DNA of 63,844 nucleotides, counting the filler, from Octopus bimaculoides (taxonomy: Eukaryota): the NCBI RefSeq assembly GCF_001194135.2. It is 9 parts of 7 records of this genome, joined end to end, with 100 filler letters (N's around TTAATTAATTAA, not from the genome) between each part and the next. Parts side by side here need not be neighbours in the genome. Positions count along the whole stretch, not along the records: positions 30,616 to 34,651 come from NC_069002.1; positions 34,752 to 37,692 come from NC_069000.1; positions 37,793 to 42,615 come from NC_068983.1; 6 more parts are not named here. One strand, written 5' to 3'. The notes below the pieces were generated by a model. That model did not search any database. It worked only from the letters and a program-made list of their open reading frames with translations, and was not told the origin of the DNA. The translations under genes were made by a program, and so were the position numbers. How positions within the stretch are numbered: the first letter of the stretch is position 1; each line of letters opens with the position of its first letter. Positions 31,081 through 42,615 of the stretch are shown one piece after another.

Positions 31081-31095
31081 GCTGCTGCTGCTACT
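30955..31095. repeat. Compound (CAC/CAT/CAA)(CTA)n(CTG)n microsatellite
   Basis: Directly visible; similar (CTA)n(CTG)n at 34441-34528. Confidence 0.93.
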
Positions 31096-31149
31096 TCAAC
31101 CACGCCAACAACGCGGCTGCCAAATTATCAATAACCAATACTATATTCA

Positions 31150-32680
31150 CCATTATTAAACACATATCAACACTCATCGATCGAGATGAAGTCGTTACAC
31201 TTCTTAAACCCAATAAATCCCAGTGAAATGACATCATACAAATCTGTTTTCCTCACAGACCCCACAAAATTTTAATCCTTCATATCACTTCGCTCCCAAA
31301 AGGTAACACTGATTCTAACCCCTATAGTGAAACAGTACATTAGTCACGGGCCTAACCAAATAAAGGATGATTTCAGCAACAAAATCTTCATGCACAATAC
31401 CATTGTTAATTACCATCAACTTCAGCGAAACTTTATTCTTTGCAATCCACTCATACACAAATATTCAAAATCACCTTTTAAAAATGCCATAAAACCCTGA
31501 CCAATTAATTACCTGTCCGTAGTTAATTATCTATCACCAATTAAGTATCAATAAACTGCACATCACCTGTCGCCAAGCTTATGTAGTGTTCAAGAACAAC
31601 ACTTCCAGAACAATTTCGTAAATACGGTACAACAAGGATCCGTCCTCTTAACCCCTCTTTTCAACTTATATCTATATACGAACTTCTCGCAGTTCTCCAG
31701 ATACTACTGCACAACTAGTCCGCCTCTATATAAATCACATTGACATTGAGCTCCACAACAGGAGATTGAAAGTAACACTTAACATATTCTCTATCTTCTT
31801 TCTAACCAACATCAAAGAACATCAAATATGACCAACCATCACTTTCTGAAAAGAAAACATTTTGTATACACACACAAGACAAAGATACTAAGAATTGCAT
31901 GCAGCCCCTCACAACATTCACATCTCCCATAGAAGACACAGTAAAGAAAATATAACTACACAAACATATTCAAAATAACCACAGATATCACATTTGACCA
32001 CCAACAAAAAAAGTTAGGGGAGCATGGTGTATAAACAATTAGAGCAATTATTGAGTGTGTCTCTCTTACCTGAGGTCTCAATCTGTCCATAACAAATTAT
32101 CATAAATTATAAAATATAGACAGCAGCACACTTTGCATCAAAGCAGGTTGTACACAGAAGGTACCCACAAGGCCACTAATACAACGAAGCAAGAATATTA
32201 AAAAGGAAAGACTTCTCGGATGATTGGGCGGGGTGCTCAGTTTGTTGCCGCTACAAGCTTCGACCCCAGTCGTCCCTGTCACTACATGAAAAACTACTTT
32301 CAAAATGCGCAGACGCGTTTACAACTCTCCAGAACATTGTTACAGCAGCAGCGTAAAAACAGTCTCCAACTCCCCAGCCAAGACAAACATGCGAAAAAGA
32401 TTCCCGGAGGAATACCTGCAACATTGATATCTTCACTGACCACAAACACTTTAGCGGGATCAATCTTAGTAATAGATGTAGAGAAACAATAACTGGTGGT
32501 CACTCACTGAAACCGTCTTGTCTATCTCTCCTCATGGCCACCATCAGAGTCTACAGGAGTACAGCAATAAGCCGGGCAGTGGAAAAAGTACCGGAGACAG
32601 TCACACTGCACCTATAGTAATTCATCTTGGTGTGCTGGATTGTACAGTGCGGCAATCACTTAAGCGGAGACATGATATAT
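31150..32680 (-). mobile_element. Possible very old LINE remnant (RTE/L2-like RT C-terminus)
   Basis: Minus-strand SVLPFGSEV and ENRF..GIYW resemble the SVLLYGSETW..ENRCLRRI..I.W motif; many stops; weak evidence. Confidence 0.3.
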
Positions 32681-32696
32681 CCTGGTAGGTAGATCT

Positions 32697-32930
32697 TATT
32701 TCTTTATTGCCCACAAGGGGCTAAACATAGAGGGGACAAACAAGGACAGGCAAAGGGGTTAAGTCGATTACATCGACCCCAGTGCGTAACTGGTACTTAT
32801 TTAGTCGACCCCGAATGGATGAAAGGCAAAGTCGACTTTGGCGGAATTTGAACTCAGAACGTAACGGCAGACGAAATACCGGCAAGCATTTCGTCCGGCG
32901 TGCTACCGGTTCTGCCAGCTCGCCGCCTTC
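32697..32930 (-). mobile_element. SINE family B, alternative tail, with a 16-bp TSD
   Basis: Perfect direct repeat CCTGGTAGGTAGATCT at 32681-32696 and 32931-32946. Confidence 0.93.
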
Positions 32931-33403
32931 CCTGGTAGGTAGATCTGTAATAGGATACCCCTCGTCGTTTAACTGTTCTTGTGTTAGGACTGCTCAGTCA
33001 TGTTGACACAAGGGTTGGTGGGGGTACCTCCAAAAGTAATTTCTCTACCACTGTGACCACTATCTCTTTAGCCTTCCCACTTTACTCTCAAAACGAATGT
33101 CACTATCGCTACGAGATTCACCACCACTTGGTCACCAACAATTACTAAACCACCACACCACCGAAACCACTACCAGAATTCCCATTGTGATCAACATTCA
33201 ATGGTTAAAACCAAAATTACATCGTCACCACCATACACCGTTTTTTTATATGCGATGAAACACAGTACACAGGGCCCAGCGTTCCTTGTACATAGAAAAA
33301 TGGTGGGGTGTTCACGACTGGAATGTCTTTCATCATACACAATCAAAGCAGACCCGGGGCTAAACGACAACAACGATCATCACGAGCCAATGAAGCATTC
33401 ACA

Positions 33404-33760
33404 TGTGGCCGTGTGGTAAGAGGCTTGCTTCCCAACCACATGTTTCTAGATTCAGTTCCACTGCGTAGCACCTTGGGCACGTGTCTTCTACTATAGCCTC
33501 AGATTGACCAAAGCCTCGTGAGTAGATTCAATAGACGGAAACTGAAAGAAGCCTATCGAGCTTTTATATCTTCGAAACGTCTAGTTAGAATAGAGGCAGC
33601 TGACGAAGGATTAATTCCAGGTGGCTATCAGTTTTCCTATGTGTTCGTTCCGTTGTCTGTAGTTCATTGTTCTAACGTCCTGTACCCTGATATGCATCTA
33701 TATACACATGTAGATGTATGTACATATATGTGTGTATACATGCATATATGTTCTTTGTAT

Positions 33761-33806
<46 letters not shown>

Positions 33807-34020
33807 GCGTGTGTCTTTGTATCTGTATTTGACCCCACCATCATCGCTTGGTGTGTTTACGTCCCCGTAAGGTAGCAGTTCGGCAAAACAGAACCGACTG
33901 AATAAGTACTAGGCTTACAAAGAATAAGTCCTGGGGTCGATTTCTTTGATTAAGACCCTTCAAGGCGGTGCTCCAGCATGGCCACAGTCAAATGACTGAA
34001 TCAAATAAAAGGATAAAATA
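33404..34020 (+). mobile_element. SINE family C with an inserted fragment (33562-33700)
   Basis: Left arm 33404-33560 and right arm about 33800-34020. Confidence 0.82.
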
Positions 34021-34440
34021 ATAGTCATTTGACCTACTAGAGATAGCAGCCAAATCACAGAAATTAACAACATAAAGAGAAAGGCACAATAGGGATTAGG
34101 CAGTGAAGTCGGGATGGTCACGGCTGCAATGTTCTTAATCATAAGACTGGTGGATTTAGGGTTAAGCTGGGGCTGAACGATAAGAATTGCCCCGTCCCCC
34201 AACCCGCAGCAGTGTGGCCACGTGTTCACGGTGTTGGCTTTCGGTCAATATGGCAATTCGTGATAACAGATGGTCTGAGACGTGCGATGGAGTCAGTTTG
34301 GAATTCCTACAACGCCATTTTTTCAGCATCAGAACCCTTCCACACCCGTCGTCTCCACCCCGACCCCCTTGACTAACGCCAACATCCCCTGCTATCTCCG
34401 AGAGAATTTGCTAGTTATATATATTTCAATAGCAGAGTCT

Positions 34441-34520
<80 letters not shown>

Positions 34521-34767
34521 ACTACTACGATAGAGATCGTCGTTCTGAGAAATCGGAGAGAAAGTCACATTTGTGTGTATGCATGTAAGGTATGTATGTG
34601 TACACACACACACACACACACGCATACATAAGCATTTAAAATACTTTTATANNNNNNNNNNNNNNNNNNNNNNNNNNNNNNNNNNNNNNNNNNNNTTAAT
34701 TAATTAANNNNNNNNNNNNNNNNNNNNNNNNNNNNNNNNNNNNNNNNNNNNTATATATATATATATA

Positions 34768-34930
34768 TGCCACTACACATTCTTTATTTTCTCTCCTTGT
34801 TTCTTTCTGTGTTCCTCTCTGTCGAAGAGCGTAGGCTCGAAACGTCTAAAGACTTTTTCACTTCCGGAGCGTTAAACTAATACATCTGTTTGTTGTCTAC
34901 ACCCCCTGTTTTCGTCTTTTGTTTTGTTTT
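34768..34930 (+). mobile_element. Short repeat (probable Penelope-like tail); related pieces at 47000-47072 (-) and 58895-59030 (+)
   Basis: Shared GCGTTAAACTAATACATC.TTTGTTGT.TACACC.CCTGT; hammerhead-like relic at 34819-34846. Confidence 0.55.
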
Positions 34931-34937
34931 TGTTATT

Positions 34938-35144
34938 CTTTTATTTGTTTCAGTCATTTGACTTCAGCCATGCTGGAGTACCGCCTTTAGTCGAGCAAAT
35001 CGACCCCCGGACTTATACTTTGTAAGCCTCGTACTTATTCTATCAGTATCTCTTGCTGAACAGCTAAATGACGGTGACGTAAAGGCACCAGCATCAGATG
35101 TCAAGTGATGTTGATGAGACAGACACAGACACACAAACATATAC

Positions 35145-35150
<6 letters not shown>
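34938..35150 (-). mobile_element. SINE family C right arm
   Basis: Reverse complement of the right arm, abutting (GT)n. Confidence 0.82.
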
Positions 35151-35224
<74 letters not shown>

Positions 35225-36817
35225 CTTAGACGAGAATATTATTGTACTGTCAATAATATTCTTGTTTAAGAATGATAAATTTGTACTCAAAAAAAGTATC
35301 GTGTAACCCATCAGATTAATATAAAATTACTTTTATTATAACTTAACATAACGTTTCAATATACAGCAGCGCATCCGGATGGCTTATTTCAAACGCCAAC
35401 ATCATCCAACCATGCAAATATTGACATATAGATGATGGCTCAATAATTTCACAATCAAATGTTGTAAGCAACTATCTGAGAATAAACCTCAAAAGCACCA
35501 CCAACTAAATTTTACTTCGAAACGGTTTACATTGTGAAGAACACAACTCCAAAATATACAGAATGTTGTACCTTACGTAGGTCTGTTTGAGTGTATGTTT
35601 CTTGTAAGTTTTGCATCTCATATATTTCGATGCAATAACCATATTTTCCGTCGACGCTTGCAAACGGATTTTTAAAATAATCCAACCATTTTAACTGTTG
35701 TTAAAGACGTTATCATAAACTAACTCATAAAAAAAACTTTTCATTGCATCAAAAATAAAATTTACTAGAATATAGCCTATATATTTACTGAAAAATAAAG
35801 ATAGTTTTCCGACTAAATAATAAGTTTTCTAGTAAGTGCTAAGAAGGAAAACACAAATAAATACTAATCTCCAACACACTCGTGTATTTATATGTTATGC
35901 GTTTCTGTGTAGATAATAACAGAAAAATATCATTGCAGTTATTTAGTGGGAATATCAGACTTTTAACAGCCAATAATTTAACAGATCATTTATAAGTACA
36001 CACCCACATTTTGTGGCGTTTATTATCATTGGTTAATAAATGTACGAATCAATTTTGAGGAAAGATAGAATGCCGTGTGCTAAGTATATATGAACGTCTC
36101 AGAAATTAAGGTATAACTCTCTGGTTGAGATCTACTATAGATTTATTGTTAAAACCACTGCCGACTCTGACGTACCACCGGATAGCGACCACCACAATGG
36201 ATTTCGCACAATTTTCCAGGAACATTTCGCGACGTTACTCCATTTCTTCTCTCATAGCTTTTGGATTGCTTCTCGTTCTATCCTCAGAATTCAAGGATAA
36301 GGAAAATGGAGCAGAAATCAGAACAAGTAAGGAAATTTATATACATACGCGTATGAGCGTCAGCGTCATCCCACTTTTCATCTCTGTGTGTGCATGCGTG
36401 TGTGTGCGTGTGTGTATGTGTGTGCGTGTGCGCGTTTGTGTGTGCTTGTGTGTACGTGGTCGTGGAACATGTGAGGTATTTCATTATCTCTCATGCTGTA
36501 AAAATTCTGTAATGATGACCATATTACAAATTTTCTTAAGAATCTACTTATTGTAATTGTTGTTAATGTTATTTGACGTAGAATATTTGCGACACTATTT
36601 CAAATTTGTTAAACTAAATCTATTGAAATTATTTTTCATGCAGAAAATTATTCCTGCAACCAGTATTGCGATATATATTGGCAAATAATTGTGATATTAC
36701 AATATTAATTGATTAGATATCTGTGTGAGTGTGTGTGCGTGTGTATGAGCGTGTGTGTGTGTAAATGTGTGTGTATGGGCGTGTGTGTGTCTACGTTCGC
36801 ATTTATAGATATATATC

Positions 36818-37010
36818 TTTTTATCTTTTAGTTGACTCAGTCATTAGACTGTGGGCATACTGGGACAGCGCCTTGAAAAGATTTTAGTCGAATGTATCGA
36901 ACTCCGATATTTTTTATAAGCCTGCTACTTATTCTATCGGGCTCTTTTGCCAAATCGCTAAGATACGGGAATTTGGTGAGGAAGGAGCACAAACACAGAC
37001 ACAAAGACAT
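36818..37010 (-). mobile_element. SINE family C right arm (degenerate)
   Basis: CAGTCATTAGACTGTGG..TACTTATTCTATCGG. Confidence 0.7.
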
Positions 37011-37039
37011 ATCCATATATATATATATATATATAACTA

Positions 37040-37200
37040 TTGCTGCGTGGAAGGTGTTTATAAGCCATTTAAGAAACACACAAAAACCGTTAGATTCACT
37101 TCAACATTTAAATTTAATTTGTCAAAATATTTTCGTCGCTTTCAGACCGCGACCCGTTCACTGACAAAATTCCGTGCTGCATCTTAGAAAGTAACATTTA
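37040..37200 (-). mobile_element. Probable Penelope-like element tail containing a hammerhead-like fold
   Basis: Hammerhead-like fold at 37118-37168 next to (TA)n; PLE assignment is inference. Confidence 0.45.
37118..37168 (-). ncRNA. Type I hammerhead-ribozyme-like motif, variant core
   Basis: TTTGTCA-GTGAACGG-GTCGC-ggtctgaaa-GCGAC-GAAAATATTT-TGACAAA: 7-bp stem I, 5-bp stem II, GAAA, palindromic AATATT stem III. Confidence 0.5.
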
Positions 37201-37792
37201 GTTCATGATATATATGTACGCATGTATGTGTGTGTGTATGTATGTATGTATGTATGTATGTATGTATGTATGTATGTATGTGTGTGTGTGTACATGTGTG
37301 TGCGTATGCATNNNNNNNNNNTGTGTGTACATGTGTGTGCGTATGCATCTGTGTACATGCGTGTGCATGTGTGCATGTTTATACGCATGTATGTATGTAT
37401 GTATATATGTATGTATGTAAATATGCACGTATGTACTTATGGATGTACATGAGTAATTAGGTAAGTGTGTAGACGTGTTTGTGTGTGCGTGTACATGTGT
37501 ATGTACATGTGAATGATTATTCCGGAGCATATTCACCATCTACTTCAATTACTGCTCCCCATTTGCTTGTGAATAATCATTTAAAGATGTTTTAGTCAAA
37601 TGTTGTTATTGTTTTTGTTGAATAAACTTTATTGAATAAAGCCGCAATAATTGTGCACCACCCTAATATATATATATATATATATATATATANNNNNNNN
37701 NNNNNNNNNNNNNNNNNNNNNNNNNNNNNNNNNNNNTTAATTAATTAANNNNNNNNNNNNNNNNNNNNNNNNNNNNNNNNNNNNNNNNNNNN

Positions 37793-38090
37793 AACACCAG
37801 GCTCCAGTCTAATTTGGCAGAGTTTCTACAGCTGGATGCCCTTCCTAACGCCAACCACTCAGAGAGTGTAGTGGGTGCTTTTACGTGTCACCCGCACGAA
37901 AACGGCCACGCTCGAAATGGTGTCTTTTATGTGCCACCCGCACAAGCCAGTCCAGGGGCACTGGCAACGATCTCGCTCAAAAATCCTACAGGAGCCAGTC
38001 AGGCGGTACTGGCAACGGCCACGCTCAAAATGGTGCATCCCATGTGCCACCCGCACAAGAACCAGTCCAGGGGCACTGGCAACGATCTTG
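37793..38090. repeat. Interspersed repeat with an internal duplication of about 76 bp
   Basis: ACGGCCACGCTC.AAATGGTG..ATGTGCCACCCGCACAAG..CCAGTCCAGGGGCACTGGCAACGATCT occurs twice, about 114 bp apart. Confidence 0.7.
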
Positions 38091-38444
38091 TAAATTTTAG
38101 AAAACAAAAAAATTTGCAGTTTAACCATTTAATACCAACTGATCTGAGATCACCCCTTGTCCCACAATAAAATACCATTTGCATCAAAGTGTTTATATTT
38201 AAATTTAAAATATCTTCAATTTATACAAGAACATTTAGTTATGTTCCAAAACATCAACTTAAAAAAATAGAGATAATATTTATTTTACTAAACTCTATAA
38301 ATTTTTGATTATTTGAAAATCAATTGAAATGCATATACTGTGTATTTCGTATTTCAAAACAAGTATAATCATAAAAGAGTTAATCCATTTATCAAATAAA
38401 AATAAGCTTAGAACTTTTATTTAAAATGAAAAGAAATCACTTAC

Positions 38445-38653
38445 CATAATACGGATAACAGCAAAATCATTTACTGGAGGTTTGAAAATAGCAGCATAAG
38501 GGTCCTCTGTATCTTGAATAGCTGCAAATATAGCTTTCTGTGGCTGCCGACCAGTGTAGTCCAACATTTTGCACAATGTCTGCACATCAACATATTTCAC
38601 AGTTAACCCTGCTCGTACAACATTATCTGAACAGGCCATGCACTCCATACAAT
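38445..38653 (-). CDS. MPI: MPI internal exon (human exon 7 equivalent)
   Basis: catccag acceptor and GTAAGT donor; 209 bp; encodes (D)CMECMACSDNVVRAGLTVKYVDVQTLCKMLDY..DPYAAIFKPPVNDFAVIRIM (ECMA.SDN.VRAGLT motif). Confidence 0.97.
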
Positions 38654-38748
38654 CTGGATGAACATAAACAAGATATTTGAGTTTAGATTCTCTTTAGAAT
38701 TTTAAAGAAAACATAACGTATTCTAAAATTTATAAGAAAATTCATTAC

Positions 38749-38922
38749 CTCCAGACAAGTATGCATGTGGTAGATTTGCATCAAGGAACATAGCTTGACC
38801 TGGTTGGAGGGTGATATGATTGAGAAAATACACAGCAAAACAACCAACATCGCCAGGGAACTCTCTATGAAGTTTTAGAAGCACCTCTCCATTGTACTGA
38901 GAAATATCCTCTCCTTGTTCCT
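38749..38922 (-). CDS. MPI: MPI internal exon (human exon 6 equivalent)
   Basis: tttttcag acceptor and GTAATG donor; 174 bp; encodes ..LLKLHREFPGDVGCFAVYFLNHITLQPGQAMFLDANLPHAYLSG, including the Zn-ligand His of PHAY. Confidence 0.97.
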
Positions 38923-39194
38923 CTGAAAAAGAAATGATCAAATACATTCTATACAATCCCAGAAATGAATACAGTTATGAGAAATCACAAGAAAATACTT
39001 ATTCAACAGTTCACAATCAACCAGTTATAACAAAAGTAGTTGTCTAAAATCTCCATAAGTAAATTAGTTGAAAATTAGTGTTTTAATCTAGACGACCGGA
39101 ATTATATCATTATTTAATATTTTAGATTTTAATTTGCTTTCATCCTCAATATATGAAGAGAGAGAGAGAGAGAAAGAGAGAAAGAGAGAGAGAA

Positions 39195-39226
<32 letters not shown>

Positions 39227-39284
39227 TGTGTGTGTGTGTGTGTGTGTAGAGGAAAAAGAAAGTTAAAATGATTACAATATTTAC

Positions 39285-39470
39285 CCATGTCCATAACCTT
39301 TGAAACCCATTTCCGCACTTCTTTTTGTAATGTTTCCTTGTCTCTCATCATCATTGCTTCAAAAGCATTTTTCATCACACTTCTGTGTGAAGCCATGTCA
39401 ATAGCTCTGCTGGCAGCTATCAATTTAATAGCATTTTCAGTCCCAACAACAGTACGAAACTCTTGTATAT
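39285..39470 (-). CDS. MPI: MPI internal exon (human exon 5 equivalent)
   Basis: ttttgcag acceptor and GTAAAT donor; 186 bp, phase 1-1; (D)IQEFRTVVGTENAIKLIAASRAIDMASHRSVMKNAFEAMMMRDKETLQKEVRKWVSKVMDM splices in frame with both neighbouring exons. Confidence 0.92.
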
Positions 39471-40370
39471 CTGCAAAAGTGCATTAACACATTATCAAAT
39501 ATTATTTCTATTAAATGCAGTCAAACGAAAAAAAGCAAATTAGATTAAACAAGAGCACTCAGAGAGTGCAAACCCCCACCAAGGCAACACCAATGACCTC
39601 CCAACGATTAGCCAGGGATGATTTTTAAAATGAAAATATCTAAAATAAACTCGACTGCTCACATAAACAAGAATACTAAAAATGAACCCGACTGCTCTCA
39701 AACATTAAGTTACAAAACAGGAAAAATAATTCAGAATCCTTGTCCAGTTGTTACCATCCTACTTCAGACAATAAATGCAAAGATCAACTATATCGGAAGA
39801 ATGAAATCAGGTCCAAAATATCATCTACGACAACCCTAGCAGGTCTATGAGATCCATCATGAGCAGCTAGTAGCATAGCTAGTGGGGTGTGTGTCTAAGC
39901 ATCACTTTTACGAGGGCAACACCTCTAGCTATACTGCATAAGCTTGTGTAGGCTTGCTTAGATGTGTGTAAGAATGAGGAACTCAGGGGCTGCCCAGAGA
40001 GAGCACACTCTCTAGTTTCACCATTAAGAACAGCTCAAGGTGGCAGAATCCACTATCAGATGTACTGCATGAGGACTTCAGATAATAAGATGAGTAGAGA
40101 GCAGTTATGTCCAGTAAGAACAAGGAGACCAGTGTGGTCATATGAACCTGAAAATTATGTAGTCTCCTACCCCATGATTTGGTCTCGTTGGGCTGCTGTA
40201 TCTGAGGTCTTGTTGAGAAGAATCAACCAGCAGTCCCACAGTGCCAAGACTCATTACCAGATACCGAGGTAGGTATGGTGGATAGGGCCTATAATGGGAG
40301 AGGGAAGTTAGGTTCAGCTGCTACATCAGTCTGGCAACCCATAAATATCTAATGGGCCATCTATCTAAAA

Positions 40371-40596
40371 CAGTGGTTCTCAACCGGGGTCCATATAAGA
40401 TTTTGTTGTAAAAATTTATCTGCGATAAATTGATCATACTTCAACAATACTCAAAATATTTTAACAATTTTTTTTATACAATTCCTAATGATATTTAATT
40501 ATAAAAATATAATAGGATTTCTTAAACATCAAATGGTCATGAGGTTCCACCTGAGTAAACTAGGAATCAGGGTAAAAAAATGGTTGGGAGACACAG
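40371..40596 (+). mobile_element. hAT-type MITE in an MPI intron
   Basis: Starts CAGTGGTTCTCAACC and ends GGTTGGGAGACACAG; degenerate 8-bp TSD atctaaaa/ccctaaaa; internal sequence shared with 54950-56290. Confidence 0.75.
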
Positions 40597-40827
40597 CCCT
40601 AAAAAGAGAAAAAAATCTGTCTTTCCTTTGCAGTATTTTATAAAGGCTAGCAGACATGCAGTGGTATAGCTAGGCTGTGTGCCACCTAGAGCAGCCCTTG
40701 AGTTTGCCCCACCCCAAGCCCCAATGCTTGTAGCCTATATAAGCATATACAACCAACCCCAAAATGCTGTGCGCATAAAAGCTAAGGGAACTTAATGTTG
40801 AATTTCTGTTAATAAGAGAAAATTTAC

Positions 40828-40969
40828 CTTGAAGGTACTTAGCTACATCCTGAATTACACGGAATCCACACAAGCCTTGGAAAGGTGTTAAAGCAATTGC
40901 CAATTCTGGCTTGTGGTTAGCATCCTTATAAAGATTTGGATTTTCTTTGTTTAACAGTTCTGCATGGAT
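40828..40969 (-). CDS. MPI: Mannose-6-phosphate isomerase (type I PMI), internal exon equivalent to human exon 4
   Basis: tttcag acceptor and GTAAAT donor; 142 bp; encodes [47 protein letters not shown], which contains the PMI motif Y.D.NHKPE.AIALTPF.GLCGFR. Confidence 0.97.
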
Positions 40970-42294
40970 CTGAAATAAGTAAGAATATTGAAGTTTAAAT
41001 GCTACATTTGCTAAAGAAGAATTATTGAACCTTTCTGATACCAACCTGCCTGAGGCTGCTCCTAGTTTTATAATACAAATTCTCAGTTTTAAAGTGATTT
41101 AAATTAAAAGCTTGCATCAAAATTTCATGTTCATTTATGATCAAAACACCAGCTTAAAAACGACAGGTATTTTAATAAATTCTTCATTATTTTTTAAAAT
41201 AATTAACACAAAGATAGTGTATTTCAAGAGAAATATGATAACGAAAGGGTTAATAAAAATTAAAAATAAAATGTATAAACATAAATTTGCACACCAATAT
41301 ATTTTCAATAATGAAGAAAATTAAATTCTTTTCAATAACTTGGTTACTGAACTTTATAGTATCAAAGCTGTAAGGTTTTATTGTATAAGAAAGAACTTAA
41401 ATTTGTAACAACCTCCAGTCATCCTTTATACCCCACTCCTGAAGCACTTTCCCACTAATCTTGTATGTTTTGTTAACATCAGCACTATAATTTCTCCTGC
41501 ATTCATCAGTTGAAACCTAAAACTAATAACTTTCTTAGCTCACTTCTCAAAGTATACATCTAGCTGAAATTTACACGCATACTCTGTAGATTAGTCTTCT
41601 CAAAAGTCTTCAGTTTCCATTGCTCATATTTGACATCTTTTTGCAGTTGCTAATGCTTTGGATTATTCCATTTGCCTTGAACAATAAACAATATATTACC
41701 ATTTATTTGGTTGGTATAGATAACACAAATTAGCTTTCATATCCATAAAACTTAGGGTCACAAACACTAGCAGCTCAATTCTTGTAACTGGTCATACTTA
41801 TTTTAAGCCCTACTCATCTATATATCAAGATCACTAAGCAACCCCTAGACTGAAAGTGACCTAATTCTCATTACAAACAAGTGTTTGAATTCTGAATGTG
41901 TAACCATAATGGTTGCTGAACAATTATCTTTGTTACTTCAGCTCTTATTATGCATCTAAGATTGCAAGTGATGTATCTCTATATAATCCTGTCAAGTATG
42001 TTTAAACAAATTGATGAAAACTTTGATTAAAACAAAGCTTAAGAACTTTGTTGCAAAGCTTGATAAGGTTGTTGATACTTCACAATAGCTATCTTATGTA
42101 TTGCAGCATCACACAAATAATTCAGAACTAGAGAACAGGAAATCTACCATTTTAAGAACTAAATATAGTTCTTAATTGCCTTAATCAGAATATACTCAAC
42201 GAATTTAAGGGAAAATATTTGACATACATTAATCCTATATTACTTCAATACATTCAGTAATGCAACCACACAATAAAACAAAAATACTATGACA

Positions 42295-42615
42295 TCTATA
42301 TCTATAAAACAGACGATGTTTGTGTGTGTGTGTGTGTACGTGAATGTGGGTTATGCACGTCCACAAATTAGCACGCATGTCGCTCCAATTTTAGAAGATT
42401 CGGAATGACCCTATGTGCATTTTAGTGAACTTTCTCTCTCAGAGGTACCCGCGTATAGCTGTAAAAATCGATAAACTTTTACCAATTTTGAAGTTTGTTG
42501 ACATGGCGAAGTCAAATCTGTGCGTACGCACGTTAAGGCGAGAGAAAGAGAGAGAGAGAGAAATTGTATGTTTGTGAGAGGGAGGGTGAAGGAGAGATAC
42601 ATTTTCTTGGCCACC
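42295..42615 (+). mobile_element. Probable Helitron 5' end, running into a gap
   Basis: A|TCTATATCTATAAAA start followed by (GT)n; CpG-rich, unlike the surrounding intron. Confidence 0.45.

Noticed and set aside
32060-32080. Strong minus-strand splice donor CAG|GTAAGAG
   Set aside because: No open upstream exon with recognisable coding content
33565-33615. GAAAC followed by CTGACGA (type II hammerhead order), also in the 21111 copy
   Set aside because: Stem I and the cleavage triplet are not consistent between copies
39530-39840. Segment resembling a remembered octopus repeat with CpG decay
   Set aside because: Single copy in the window, so it cannot be supported from this sequence alone
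41695-41735. Minus-strand ..QPNK next to a GT, resembling the end of MPI exon 3 (HPNK)
   Set aside because: Lacks SIQAH and FLFKVLS, and the phase is wrong
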